DNA of 64,000 bases. It comes from Terriglobia bacterium. Its GTDB lineage: Bacteria > Acidobacteriota > Terriglobia > Acidiferrales > UBA7541. Location: assembly GCA_963695545.1 (NCBI GenBank), contig OY968796.1, positions 3,072,001 to 3,136,000 of the forward strand, written 5' to 3'. Both the position numbers and the translations under genes were made by a program. Every line of letters begins with the position of its first letter. The stretch's first letter is position 1. Of the stretch, positions 51,001 through 58,137 are shown in pieces. Under the pieces are notes generated by a model. That model made no database searches. It was not told where the DNA came from and saw only the letters and a list, made by a program, of their open reading frames with translations.

Positions 51001-52407
51001 GGCGAGCAAAAAGAAAGCGCCCAGGACGAATTGCGCAACTCGCTGGTGCGGTGGATCGAATATCTCGTCGATGTGAAACAGTTCCAGCGTGCCAAAGATG
51101 CGCTCGACGCTCTGCCCGAAGACACCACGAAACTCTCCGCCGACGAACTTGCGCCGCTCGATCTGCGTATCGCCGCCGAACTCAACACCCTCGATTCCAT
51201 CCTCGCTGCGTATCAAGTCGATCCAGAACACGCGCCGTCATTCGACGTCCTCAGTGCCGCCGCAACCAGTCTCGAAAACAACCACGAGCAATCGGCCGCG
51301 CGCAAGATTCTCGAATTCGCCTATTCCCGCGAAATCGCGCGTCACAATCTGAGCGCGACGAACTTCCTCGGCCTCGCCGAGATTCGCCTCGATTCCGGAG
51401 ACACGCCGACCGCGCTCGATCTGCTCAATCGCATGGTTCTCGTCGTCGGCCAGCCCTACGAAAATCTTGACGCCGCCGCGGCTCTTCTCGAATCCTCGCA
51501 TCACCCAGCCGAGGCTGCGGCGTTTCTCGCGCAACTCGTCCGCGCCACGCCGTGGGACCCGAACTATCGCCTGCGCCTCTCGCGCGCGCAGATCGCTGCG
51601 AACCTCGACGCGGCCACCGCGCGCGCGAACATCGCCGCGATCGCCGCGTCGCAAGACGTTTCTTACGCCCTCCGCGCCGACGCCGCGACAGCGCTCGCCG
51701 TCAAATCCCCGAACAGCAATCTCGGCAGCGGAGAACTCAATCTTCTCGCCTCCGGCGCGCCAATCGCGGCCAAGCAAGCGAACGCGGCGTATTTCACGCG
51801 CGCTCGTATCCTGGCCGCTTCTGAAATTCGTGAGGACAGCGAGCGCATCGCGCTCTTGCGCGCCGCACTTGAAGACGCCCCGTCTTCTGACGCCGCGCGC
51901 ATTCAACTCCTCCACGCGGCCGCTGCCAGGCGCGAATATCAGCTCGGCCTTTCCGCTGCTGAGCCGCTACTGAATTCGTTGCAATTTTCCGCCGGTGCGG
52001 CTCAAGCAGACGACGCGCCCGTAGATCAGCCGAACGACGCGCCGGAAGCCTCAGCCGCAACTGATTCTTCCGCACCCGGCGGCCTCTCGCGCGCCGAGCG
52101 CCTCCGCATCGCCATTGACCTTGCAACCGTCACGGAAAATCTCGATCGCCTCGACGACGCGGCCCGCTACCTCGACGCCGCGCAACAACTCGAACGCGAT
52201 CCTGCGCGCCGCGCCGAAATTCGCGAGCACCTGGCGCGCGTGCGCGCCGAAATCGATCGCCGCGCGGCGAACGCCGCCCGCCAGCCGCAAATTCATCGCG
52301 AACTCGAGCAGGACCGCCTCGTGCGCCCTCGGCTGATTGCCGCGTCCGCCGAACCGGCCGCCGCGCCCGAAAATTCGCAACCGCCCGCCGGAGGGAGCAG
52401 GCCATGA
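44992..52407 (+). CDS. Giant (2471 aa) exported TPR / alpha-solenoid protein
   Basis: Uninterrupted 7.4-kb ORF, N-terminal signal/TM, many TPR-like helix pairs (e.g. TLARIGDIYAD, AYFTIAEYYSD.G..A.AIA.Y..SLELNP). Confidence 0.85.
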   Translation: MKSSRKPATKTLLVCAAGIAAVIAAIGTAARGEIPEWLQNIESGTPIENALFRWMELPGGKVPALRPPAEARPLLADLLHAQPSNAELYSLRAMEEEQQLDFDSAEKDWKSYAQSAADRTSAQLALADFYARRARPADEVAALAAVAQSPSAGSGNLLAPQQQQSWLAFTRIFTVIAANALPREMSDTEYQSWITRYPRETSLYAKYFEFLLDQKEYGRAAALIPAYTKAFPDDAVFPVKARALLDYRQGNVEQGLEVYDRAFQPLWPDELIQDYFGLLGETHSLRKFLDASRAAHEANPDDLDPVARLFYYYKQEGKPDAAEEVIDDFRAHKESASIPWTADELYTLARLLETIQAYPEAGRYYLALYNVPGASENENRQRSLVGLIHILLACPDQPLHLGAADLSMYKDIGTADPGPGFLNGILSLLFNSEDPQSSFAEEEQRGIPYFHRAEAAKLLALLDEQCPNAPERAALHAQLIEAYVDYGESDAVIAGGKKFLADFPDAPERTHVSLLMADAYARLGQPDDEFAIYDAVLRELAQNAQNIPLGADASGEQQWQRQRRPAFEQGTSDDLDSSDDAGAEGNPSAPAAAQAFSIDSNGTSPTNGPRSVEYSSVLERYLARLAALKQLPRALEVLRREVDRNPNDPGLYERLAQFLEQNRLDQQQEEVYQRAIQQFPDRSWYHRLARLYLRQERADEFEQLSDQVVKIFAGSDLESYFRDVVASYGFVGPQLYFRLNLYANQRFPHNLTFVHNLLNAYHTRGTYDEVAWENLLRQHWFEDDGLRAEYFEFLSRTNQLDEALQALRTANPDIGEGKWQQAAQSNPAAVRMFAEAELWRSHFENGMPALGALAAEFPADRDLGAEASAVYRSLAYFDGQNTEAAVRVEQNLLQSNPSDRDTLARIGDIYADRDMFSDAAPYWNRMAEIEPGQADSYLSAATVFWDYYKFDDALRLLDLGRTKLGNQNLFAYQEGAIYENERDYPRAIAEYVKGALSDGENSESWNRLMDLAHRPNLKDVADRGTVQIVDAQNPTIAEIRLRVKILEVQDRKADMRAFLLDEIARTDSLDLAEQIETLAQEQSLEDVRQRAIEQQAKLTTDPVHRLELRYALVQFFESKKDFAPAQTEIEALYQENPKILGVVRATVDFYWQQKMQQRAIDVLQQAAKDSYPALRDKFNYEAARKATDSGNYALAQQLLNPLLQQSPYDGELLAAMADTYARSGDNAGLRDFYLAKIALFRQAPLASDDRIARIAELRRGLIPALTQLKDYAGAADQYIEIINQFPEDAGLSTEAALHAEKYGVQSRLTAFYAKTVSDSPRDFRWPMVLARLQTQFEDYPGAIASYAKSIAVRPDRVDLYEARADLLERLMRFDEAAADYAKLYDLSYHDQKWMMKVAEVRARQGKPDEVVDALKIALVDGRPADPQNFFDVAQSLESWGYLLQAKDFAQQGADAAGRDLLANPANRAGAQLYVRILTRLREYPQAYARLEDALSAAQSPGISFTSTVQQVEKQGFAAVTDSQWRQREQELRSASGKQGMDACMREMGAAAAQYFTPEETSAFSQFLAGNQTAGAPPDYLIDAAEAARLSDLEARWRYAAAQFDAPGNLSRLIQLQSARLKYSELGAQLEEIADRTGNQYSRSYALRSAADAYRSAGDPQSELRIYSEGLFRENEQRYFELLFELQRQQIVDLAGSSQGIYYDSAANFAVASGDEKLANAAIQAHGASLPPVWTKAYTGLTGLFYSDGAANVNGSFLDILDDRPIGERLGQKLDLNQQLAGDVWFYYGSRYGEYLAATHQGDPEDYLPASLEQSPGSAGAYFTIAEYYSDAGDSARAIANYQYSLELNPDQPSVYDRIAVLDWQAGQHAQAIAAWKRALDLLEKQQAKGSVPQSFWSDFASIAQHLGQRKLAAEFRPGMDALLREYVGRNGFYNLMPLLRAAYSSLNDPAAGAAWLLDLSSATNTQGTILAELSDVDWIPLRQREPFFQRIIELKQTNVEKSEGEQKESAQDELRNSLVRWIEYLVDVKQFQRAKDALDALPEDTTKLSADELAPLDLRIAAELNTLDSILAAYQVDPEHAPSFDVLSAAATSLENNHEQSAARKILEFAYSREIARHNLSATNFLGLAEIRLDSGDTPTALDLLNRMVLVVGQPYENLDAAAALLESSHHPAEAAAFLAQLVRATPWDPNYRLRLSRAQIAANLDAATARANIAAIAASQDVSYALRADAATALAVKSPNSNLGSGELNLLASGAPIAAKQANAAYFTRARILAASEIREDSERIALLRAALEDAPSSDAARIQLLHAAAARREYQLGLSAAEPLLNSLQFSAGAAQADDAPVDQPNDAPEASAATDSSAPGGLSRAERLRIAIDLATVTENLDRLDDAARYLDAAQQLERDPARRAEIREHLARVRAEIDRRAANAARQPQIHRELEQDRLVRPRLIAASAEPAAAPENSQPPAGGSRP

Positions 52408-54200
52408 GCTATCGCGCCAGCATCGCGCGCCGATGGATCGCCGCGGGCACGGTTGCCGTCTTAGCGGCCGCGCTTTTCGCCTGGGCCGCATCCAAACCGT
52501 CGGCCACGTCCGCACCCTCCGATCCATCGCCGCTCGCCGGCTTCATGCCGCCCGGCGCGATGCTCTACATCGAAGCCAAGGATTTCTCGAGCCTTCTCTC
52601 CGAATGGAACGCTTCGCCGGAAAAACGCCAATGGCTCACGAGCGACAATTGCGAAGCATTTTCGCGCTCGCGCCTTCTCCTGCGCCTCGCCGACGCGCGC
52701 AAAGAATTTGCGTCCGCCGCCGGCGTCTCGCCTGATACGACTCTGCTCTCGCAGGCCGCCGGCAAGCAAAGCGCGCTCGCGCTCTACAACATCGGCAATC
52801 TCGAATTCGTCTACATCTCGCGCGTGCCTTCCGCGGCTGCTATGCAGTCCGCGCTCTGGCAAGCGCGCACGAAATTTGAATCGCGCAGCGCCGCGGGCGC
52901 GCCCTTCTTCGTGCACACCGACGCCGCATCCGGCCGCGTCGTGGCCTTCGCCGTCACCAGCGATTACTTGATCCTCGCCACGCGCGAAGATCTCCTCGCC
53001 GGAACTCTCAATCTCCTAGCCGGCGGCTCAGGCCCGAAACTCACCGGCGAAGATTGGTATGCGCACGCCGTCTCCTCTGCGGGCGCCCCCGGTGATCTGC
53101 GCATGGTTCTCAACGTGGAAAAAATCGCCGCCGATCCCCATTTCCGCAGCTATTGGATCCAGGCGAACGCCAAAGAAATGCGGAATTTTTCGGCCGCCAT
53201 TTCCGATCTCCATCTCAGCGGCAGCACGTATCAAGAGGGTCGCGTGCTCTTGCCGAAGACCGACGATTCCGCACCTACTACTTCCGCGCCCGCTGGCGCC
53301 GCGGACGCGCCGCCCGCCGCAGCGTCAACAAGCGCGCAAGCCGTCGCCGACTTACTTCGTCTCGTGCCCGACGATGCCGGAGTCTATCGCGCCTCCGCCG
53401 ATCCCAGCGCCGATGCCTCTCTCGTCGCGCTGCAAACCAAAATTCTCGCGCCGCACACCGGCTCCGCGCCTCCCTCGAAGCTCGCTCCCGAGGTCAATCT
53501 CACTGCCGGAGAAGTCGGCAGCAGCAGCGATCTAGAAACGCGCATCGATCAGCCGCACGTCCCGCAGGCCAACTCCGTCGACGATTGGTCCGCCCTGCGC
53601 GCCGATCTCCAAGGCGCGAACGTGCAAGCGATGCTTTCGTTCGATTCCACGCGCGTCGATCCGAACACCAACTTCGTCCAAATTAATTCCACGGTCGTTC
53701 TCGCCGCCGCGTCCGATTGGGATGCGACCTCCGTCAACAACGCGCTCTCGCGCGGAATCGCGCAGTCCGCGTCAACCCAACAACTCGGCACATCGTGGAA
53801 GCGCGCCGGCGCCGCGCCGAATGATTATTTTGAGCTCGATGGCCTTTTGCCCGTGCGCGTCGCAACCCGCGGAAAGCTTCTCATCGTCTCGAACGACGCA
53901 GATTCCATCGCCGCAGTTCTCGCTCGCGTGAAATCCCCCTCCTCCGCCGAACCCTCCACTTTCGCCGCCGGCTTTCATCACGCCGCCGAGCAACCCAATT
54001 TTCTTCGCCTGGTCTCCACTCTGGACCGCGCGAATCCGCAGGGCGCGCCAGATTCGCCCGACCCCGGCGTCGAACCTGCATTTTTCTCCGCCAACATCGC
54101 CAGCCTCAGCCGCGTCCTCTCCGGCCTCGATTCCGGATCCGTCGTGATCCGAGAATCCCCGGGCAAGACGCTCGAAACCGTTATCTACCGCTGGAAATAG
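52404..54200 (+). CDS. Hypothetical exported/membrane-anchored protein
   Basis: ATGA overlap with the TPR gene and GGAG RBS; N-terminal hydrophobic helix; alpha/beta body. Confidence 0.75.
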   Translation: MSYRASIARRWIAAGTVAVLAAALFAWAASKPSATSAPSDPSPLAGFMPPGAMLYIEAKDFSSLLSEWNASPEKRQWLTSDNCEAFSRSRLLLRLADARKEFASAAGVSPDTTLLSQAAGKQSALALYNIGNLEFVYISRVPSAAAMQSALWQARTKFESRSAAGAPFFVHTDAASGRVVAFAVTSDYLILATREDLLAGTLNLLAGGSGPKLTGEDWYAHAVSSAGAPGDLRMVLNVEKIAADPHFRSYWIQANAKEMRNFSAAISDLHLSGSTYQEGRVLLPKTDDSAPTTSAPAGAADAPPAAASTSAQAVADLLRLVPDDAGVYRASADPSADASLVALQTKILAPHTGSAPPSKLAPEVNLTAGEVGSSSDLETRIDQPHVPQANSVDDWSALRADLQGANVQAMLSFDSTRVDPNTNFVQINSTVVLAAASDWDATSVNNALSRGIAQSASTQQLGTSWKRAGAAPNDYFELDGLLPVRVATRGKLLIVSNDADSIAAVLARVKSPSSAEPSTFAAGFHHAAEQPNFLRLVSTLDRANPQGAPDSPDPGVEPAFFSANIASLSRVLSGLDSGSVVIRESPGKTLETVIYRWK

Positions 54201-54261
54201 CGAGGCTGGAAACAAGCAAGTTTCCCCGGTTGGCCTATGCTGTTATGCTGTGGTCAGGCGC

Positions 54262-55860
54262 ATGCAAACGCTGCAGGAAAAATTATCGCAGTCCTCCCGC
54301 TTCCTCGTCGGCGCAGAACTCGTATCCGTGCGCGGCTCGATGGCCGAGGACAGCGCCATAAAAGCCCGCACGTTCTCAAACGAACTCGTCGCCAGCCCCG
54401 AAATTGATTGGATCTCCGTCACCGACAACGCTGGCGGCAACCCCCAACTCGCGCCGCTCGCTCTCGGCCGGCCGATTCTTTACGCCGGCAAGGAAGTCGT
54501 AATTCATTTCACCTGCAAGGATCTCAATCGCAACCGACTCGAAAGCGAAGCATGGCTTCTCAACAGCGAGGGCTTTTACAACATCCTCGCCATGACCGGC
54601 GATTATCCCGTCTCCGGAAACGAAGGCCTCGCCAAGCCGGTCTTCGACATCGATTCCGTCGGCCTGATTTCCATGCTCGACAGCATGAACCAGGGACTCG
54701 ATCCGAAGGATGCCGACGGCAAGAGCAAGAACCGGCGCTTGCAGAAAACCCAATTCTGCATTGGCGCGGTCACCACGAATTTCAAATTGCGCGAAGGCGA
54801 AGTGATCCCGCAGTACCAGAAGCTCGAGAAAAAAGTCGAGTGCGGCGCGCAATTCATCATCAACCAAATCGGTTTTGATGCGCGCAAGATGTCCGAGCTG
54901 CGCCTCTACATGGATGCGCATGGAATGAAGCAAACTCCGCTCATCGGCAACGTTTACCTATTAAGTTCGCGTGTCGAACAAATCTTTTTCGAGGGCCAGA
55001 TTCCCGGCGTCGTCGTAAGCCCCGCATTCAACGACCTTTGCCGCAAGCAGGCCCAGTCTCCCGACCGCGGCAAGGCCTTCTTCTCCGAATTCGCGGCGAA
55101 GCAAATCGCCATCTATCGCGGCCTGGGTTATCGCGGCATTTATCTTGGCGGCGTGCACAAATTCTCCGCCATCGAAAATATCCTCGCGATCGAAAAACAC
55201 TTTGCGCCCGACGACTGGAAACAATTCGCGCGCGAGATCAGTTTTTCCCGATCCGGCGAGTATTTTTATTACGCGCGGAACCCAGCCACCGAGCTCGCCG
55301 ATGCCACGAAGCGCGATTCGTCCGCGCCCGTCGCGTCCAAACAGGTCTCTTTCACCTATCAACTCTCCAAGTGGACGCACGACACGATGTTTGCGCCCGG
55401 CACGGCCGTCGCTAAATGGGGCGCGAAAGTCTGCGCGGATTCCAAGGATCCAATGCAAGGCCCGGAGCCGCTGCGCGCGCTGGAAAAAGTGAGCAAATCC
55501 ATTTTGTACCACTGCAAGGACTGCGGCGATTGCTCGCTTCCGGATATCGCGTTCTTATGCCCCGAATCGCAGTGCGCCAAAAATCAGCGCAACGGTCCCT
55601 GCGGCGGCACGCGCGAAGGCCGCTGCGAAGTCGATGGCTTCGGCGATTGCATCTGGCTGCGCGCTTACGAACGCCTGAAGCACGATGGCCGCGAGCAGGA
55701 TTTATTGCAGCACGCCCCCGTCGTTCAAAATCAAGGCCTGCGCGGCAATTCCGCCTGGGCCAATAGCTGGCTTGGCCGCGATCACGCTGCAAAGAGAACC
55801 GACGCCGTTGCTGACGAACCAGCCCTCGAACAAATAAAACCGGCAGAAAACAAAACCTAA
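54262..55860 (+). CDS. Methylenetetrahydrofolate reductase (MetF-like) fused to a C-terminal MetV-like 8-Cys domain
   Basis: AELV, SVTDN.GG, HFTCKD.NR, NILAMTGDYP, KKVECGAQFIINQIGFD; C-terminal CKDCGDC...CPESQC.K.QRNGPCGG...C......CIW. Confidence 0.85.
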   Translation: MQTLQEKLSQSSRFLVGAELVSVRGSMAEDSAIKARTFSNELVASPEIDWISVTDNAGGNPQLAPLALGRPILYAGKEVVIHFTCKDLNRNRLESEAWLLNSEGFYNILAMTGDYPVSGNEGLAKPVFDIDSVGLISMLDSMNQGLDPKDADGKSKNRRLQKTQFCIGAVTTNFKLREGEVIPQYQKLEKKVECGAQFIINQIGFDARKMSELRLYMDAHGMKQTPLIGNVYLLSSRVEQIFFEGQIPGVVVSPAFNDLCRKQAQSPDRGKAFFSEFAAKQIAIYRGLGYRGIYLGGVHKFSAIENILAIEKHFAPDDWKQFAREISFSRSGEYFYYARNPATELADATKRDSSAPVASKQVSFTYQLSKWTHDTMFAPGTAVAKWGAKVCADSKDPMQGPEPLRALEKVSKSILYHCKDCGDCSLPDIAFLCPESQCAKNQRNGPCGGTREGRCEVDGFGDCIWLRAYERLKHDGREQDLLQHAPVVQNQGLRGNSAWANSWLGRDHAAKRTDAVADEPALEQIKPAENKT

Positions 55861-56789
55861 TGACCAAACAACTAAAAGTCGTCGGCGAGTTGATGAACAA
55901 TTCCTACGCCCGCGCGCGCAAAGCCTTCACCGAGCGAAACGTAAAGGACTATCAGCACCTCGCGAAAATCCAAACCGACCTCGGCGCGAGCTATCTCACG
56001 CTGAACATCGACGGCACGCAGCGCATTCAAGTGCGCATGCCTGAAATGCTCGCCTTTCTTCCCGACGTGATCCCCGCCATTCAGGAAGCCACCGCGACGC
56101 CCATCAGTTTCGACAATCCCTCCGTCGAATATCACAAGGTCGCGCTGAAATATTACGATCGGAAAAAGAGCGGCGCCCCCATCCTGAATTCTCTCGCCGC
56201 CTCGCGCCAGCATCTCGACGAAATGATCGACCTCGTCAAGCACTACGACACGCTGGTCATCGTCATGGCCTCCGAACATTTCGTCGACGGCGGCGCGTCG
56301 CAATGCCTCAATCCCCATGACGCCTATCGCGCCGCAAAGCAATTCGTCGAGCTGCTCGTCACCAAGGCCGGCCGCACCAAAGATCAAATCATCATCGACC
56401 CCGGTCTCGCGCCCGTCGGCGCCGATACTTACGGCCTCGTGAACATCGGCCTCGACGCCATGCGCTTGATCAGCGCCGATCCCGATCTCGCCGGCGTGCA
56501 TATGGTCGTCGGCCTTTCCAATTTCGCTTGGGGCACGCCGAAGGGTGTCCGCGAAGAGTTGGAAAAAGCCTATCTCACTTTGGGCATGGAAGTCGGTCTC
56601 GATTTCGCGATCTGCAATCCGGAAAAAACGCCCGGCCCGTTGCCGCCCGACAATCCGATGGTCGCAAAGCTTCGTGAGGCGCTGGCATTGGGCCGCGTGA
56701 AAGATGGCGAGAGCAGTGACATCGCCTGCTTTCGTCAAGTCGAAGCCATCATGGCCATCTGCAACGATTCCAAGCCCGTGGATTCCTAG
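55860..56789 (+). CDS. Pterin-binding methyltransferase (AcsE / MetH folate-domain-like, DHPS fold)
   Basis: VVGELMN, ISFDNP, ILNS, IIIDPG..P, VVGLSNF.WG.P, GLD.AI.NP; TAATG coupling to the upstream gene. Confidence 0.8.
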   Translation: MTKQLKVVGELMNNSYARARKAFTERNVKDYQHLAKIQTDLGASYLTLNIDGTQRIQVRMPEMLAFLPDVIPAIQEATATPISFDNPSVEYHKVALKYYDRKKSGAPILNSLAASRQHLDEMIDLVKHYDTLVIVMASEHFVDGGASQCLNPHDAYRAAKQFVELLVTKAGRTKDQIIIDPGLAPVGADTYGLVNIGLDAMRLISADPDLAGVHMVVGLSNFAWGTPKGVREELEKAYLTLGMEVGLDFAICNPEKTPGPLPPDNPMVAKLREALALGRVKDGESSDIACFRQVEAIMAICNDSKPVDS

Positions 56790-56797
56790 ACGAACGC

Positions 56798-58099
56798 ATG
56801 ACTTCGGATTCTCAACACTCGAACGATCTTTCGCTTCTCGCGGCGGGCGGCGCCCGCAAAATCTGGCTGCGCGTCGGCACTGTGCTCGATGGCCTCAGGA
56901 CCAGTCCGCTTCGCAACGCTCACGTCGTCTACGATCGAAACGCAATTCTCTTCGTCGGTGAGAATTCTCCGCCCGCCAATCTTGTGAACCCCAATCAGCA
57001 ACACCCGGATTTGGATTTGCCCGATTACACGCTGCTCCCCGGATTGATCGAAGCCCACGCCCACCTTTTCCTCGAAGGCGGCGAACTCGATCTCGATAAG
57101 CGCGCGGCCTACTTGAAACAATCGCCGGAAGATCTTTTGAAAGCCGCGCGCGCGCGACTCGACAAACTCGTGCGCCTCGGCATCGTCGCCGTCCGCGACG
57201 CCGGCGATAAAAACGGCGTCGGCCTGGCCTTGAGCAAACTTTGCGCAAGCGGCCACAGGCCGCTGATGCCTTACGTGGACAGTCCCGGCGCCGCCATTCA
57301 TCGCAAAGGACGCTACGGAAGTTTCATGGCCGAGCCGATTGAAAATTGTGAGTCATTGAAACAGTGCGTCGCGGCGCGCGTGAATGCCGGCGCCGACCGC
57401 ATCAAATTAATTCCCACCGGCATCATCAATTTCAAACAAGGCGCGGTCACAACTGAGCCGCAAATGACCACGGCTGAAATTTTAGAATTGGTCGCCGCGG
57501 CCAGATCATTCGGCAAGCAGACCTTGGCGCACGCCTCTGGCGACACTGGAATCGAGCGCGCGGTCGACGGCGGCGTAGATTCTATCGAGCACGGCTTTTT
57601 CATTCGCGACGATCAGCTTGCGAAAATGCGCGACCTTCAAATCGCCTGGGTGCCCACGTTTTCGCCCGTGCAGCAACAGGTTGACCACGCCGATAAAATG
57701 GGCTGGGACGCTTCGGTAGTTTCAAATCTAAAAACAATTCTCGATCGTCACGCCGCGAGCCTCGTCAAGGCCCACGAATTGGGCGTGCAAATCATCGCCG
57801 GCAGTGACGCCGGCTCCTGCGGCGTAGCTCACGGCCTCGGTTTCCTCTATGAATTGGAATTGATGCAGCGCGCCGGCCTGGCGCCAATTTTCGTAGTCAA
57901 TTCCGCCACGGGAACAGGTTCAAACCGCTTGGCGTTCAAGCGGCAGTTCGGCCAAATCAAATCCGGTTTTCAAAGCCGCTTCATTCTCACGCGCCATTCG
58001 CCGCTCGAAAGCGTTTCAAATCTCCGCAAGCAAAAATGGATCGTGTTCGACGATAACGTATTTGAAAGCGACGAATCTTCCGATTCAACCGGATTGTGA
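56798..58099 (+). CDS. Metal-dependent amidohydrolase
   Basis: LLPGLIEAHAHL (HxH), VRDAG, GADRIKL, AHA.G, SIEHG, AGSDAG. Confidence 0.88.
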   Translation: MTSDSQHSNDLSLLAAGGARKIWLRVGTVLDGLRTSPLRNAHVVYDRNAILFVGENSPPANLVNPNQQHPDLDLPDYTLLPGLIEAHAHLFLEGGELDLDKRAAYLKQSPEDLLKAARARLDKLVRLGIVAVRDAGDKNGVGLALSKLCASGHRPLMPYVDSPGAAIHRKGRYGSFMAEPIENCESLKQCVAARVNAGADRIKLIPTGIINFKQGAVTTEPQMTTAEILELVAAARSFGKQTLAHASGDTGIERAVDGGVDSIEHGFFIRDDQLAKMRDLQIAWVPTFSPVQQQVDHADKMGWDASVVSNLKTILDRHAASLVKAHELGVQIIAGSDAGSCGVAHGLGFLYELELMQRAGLAPIFVVNSATGTGSNRLAFKRQFGQIKSGFQSRFILTRHSPLESVSNLRKQKWIVFDDNVFESDESSDSTGL

Positions 58100-58137
58100 T
58101 CGGGGATTACGAGCGCACGTAGACATCCCTCCGACCC

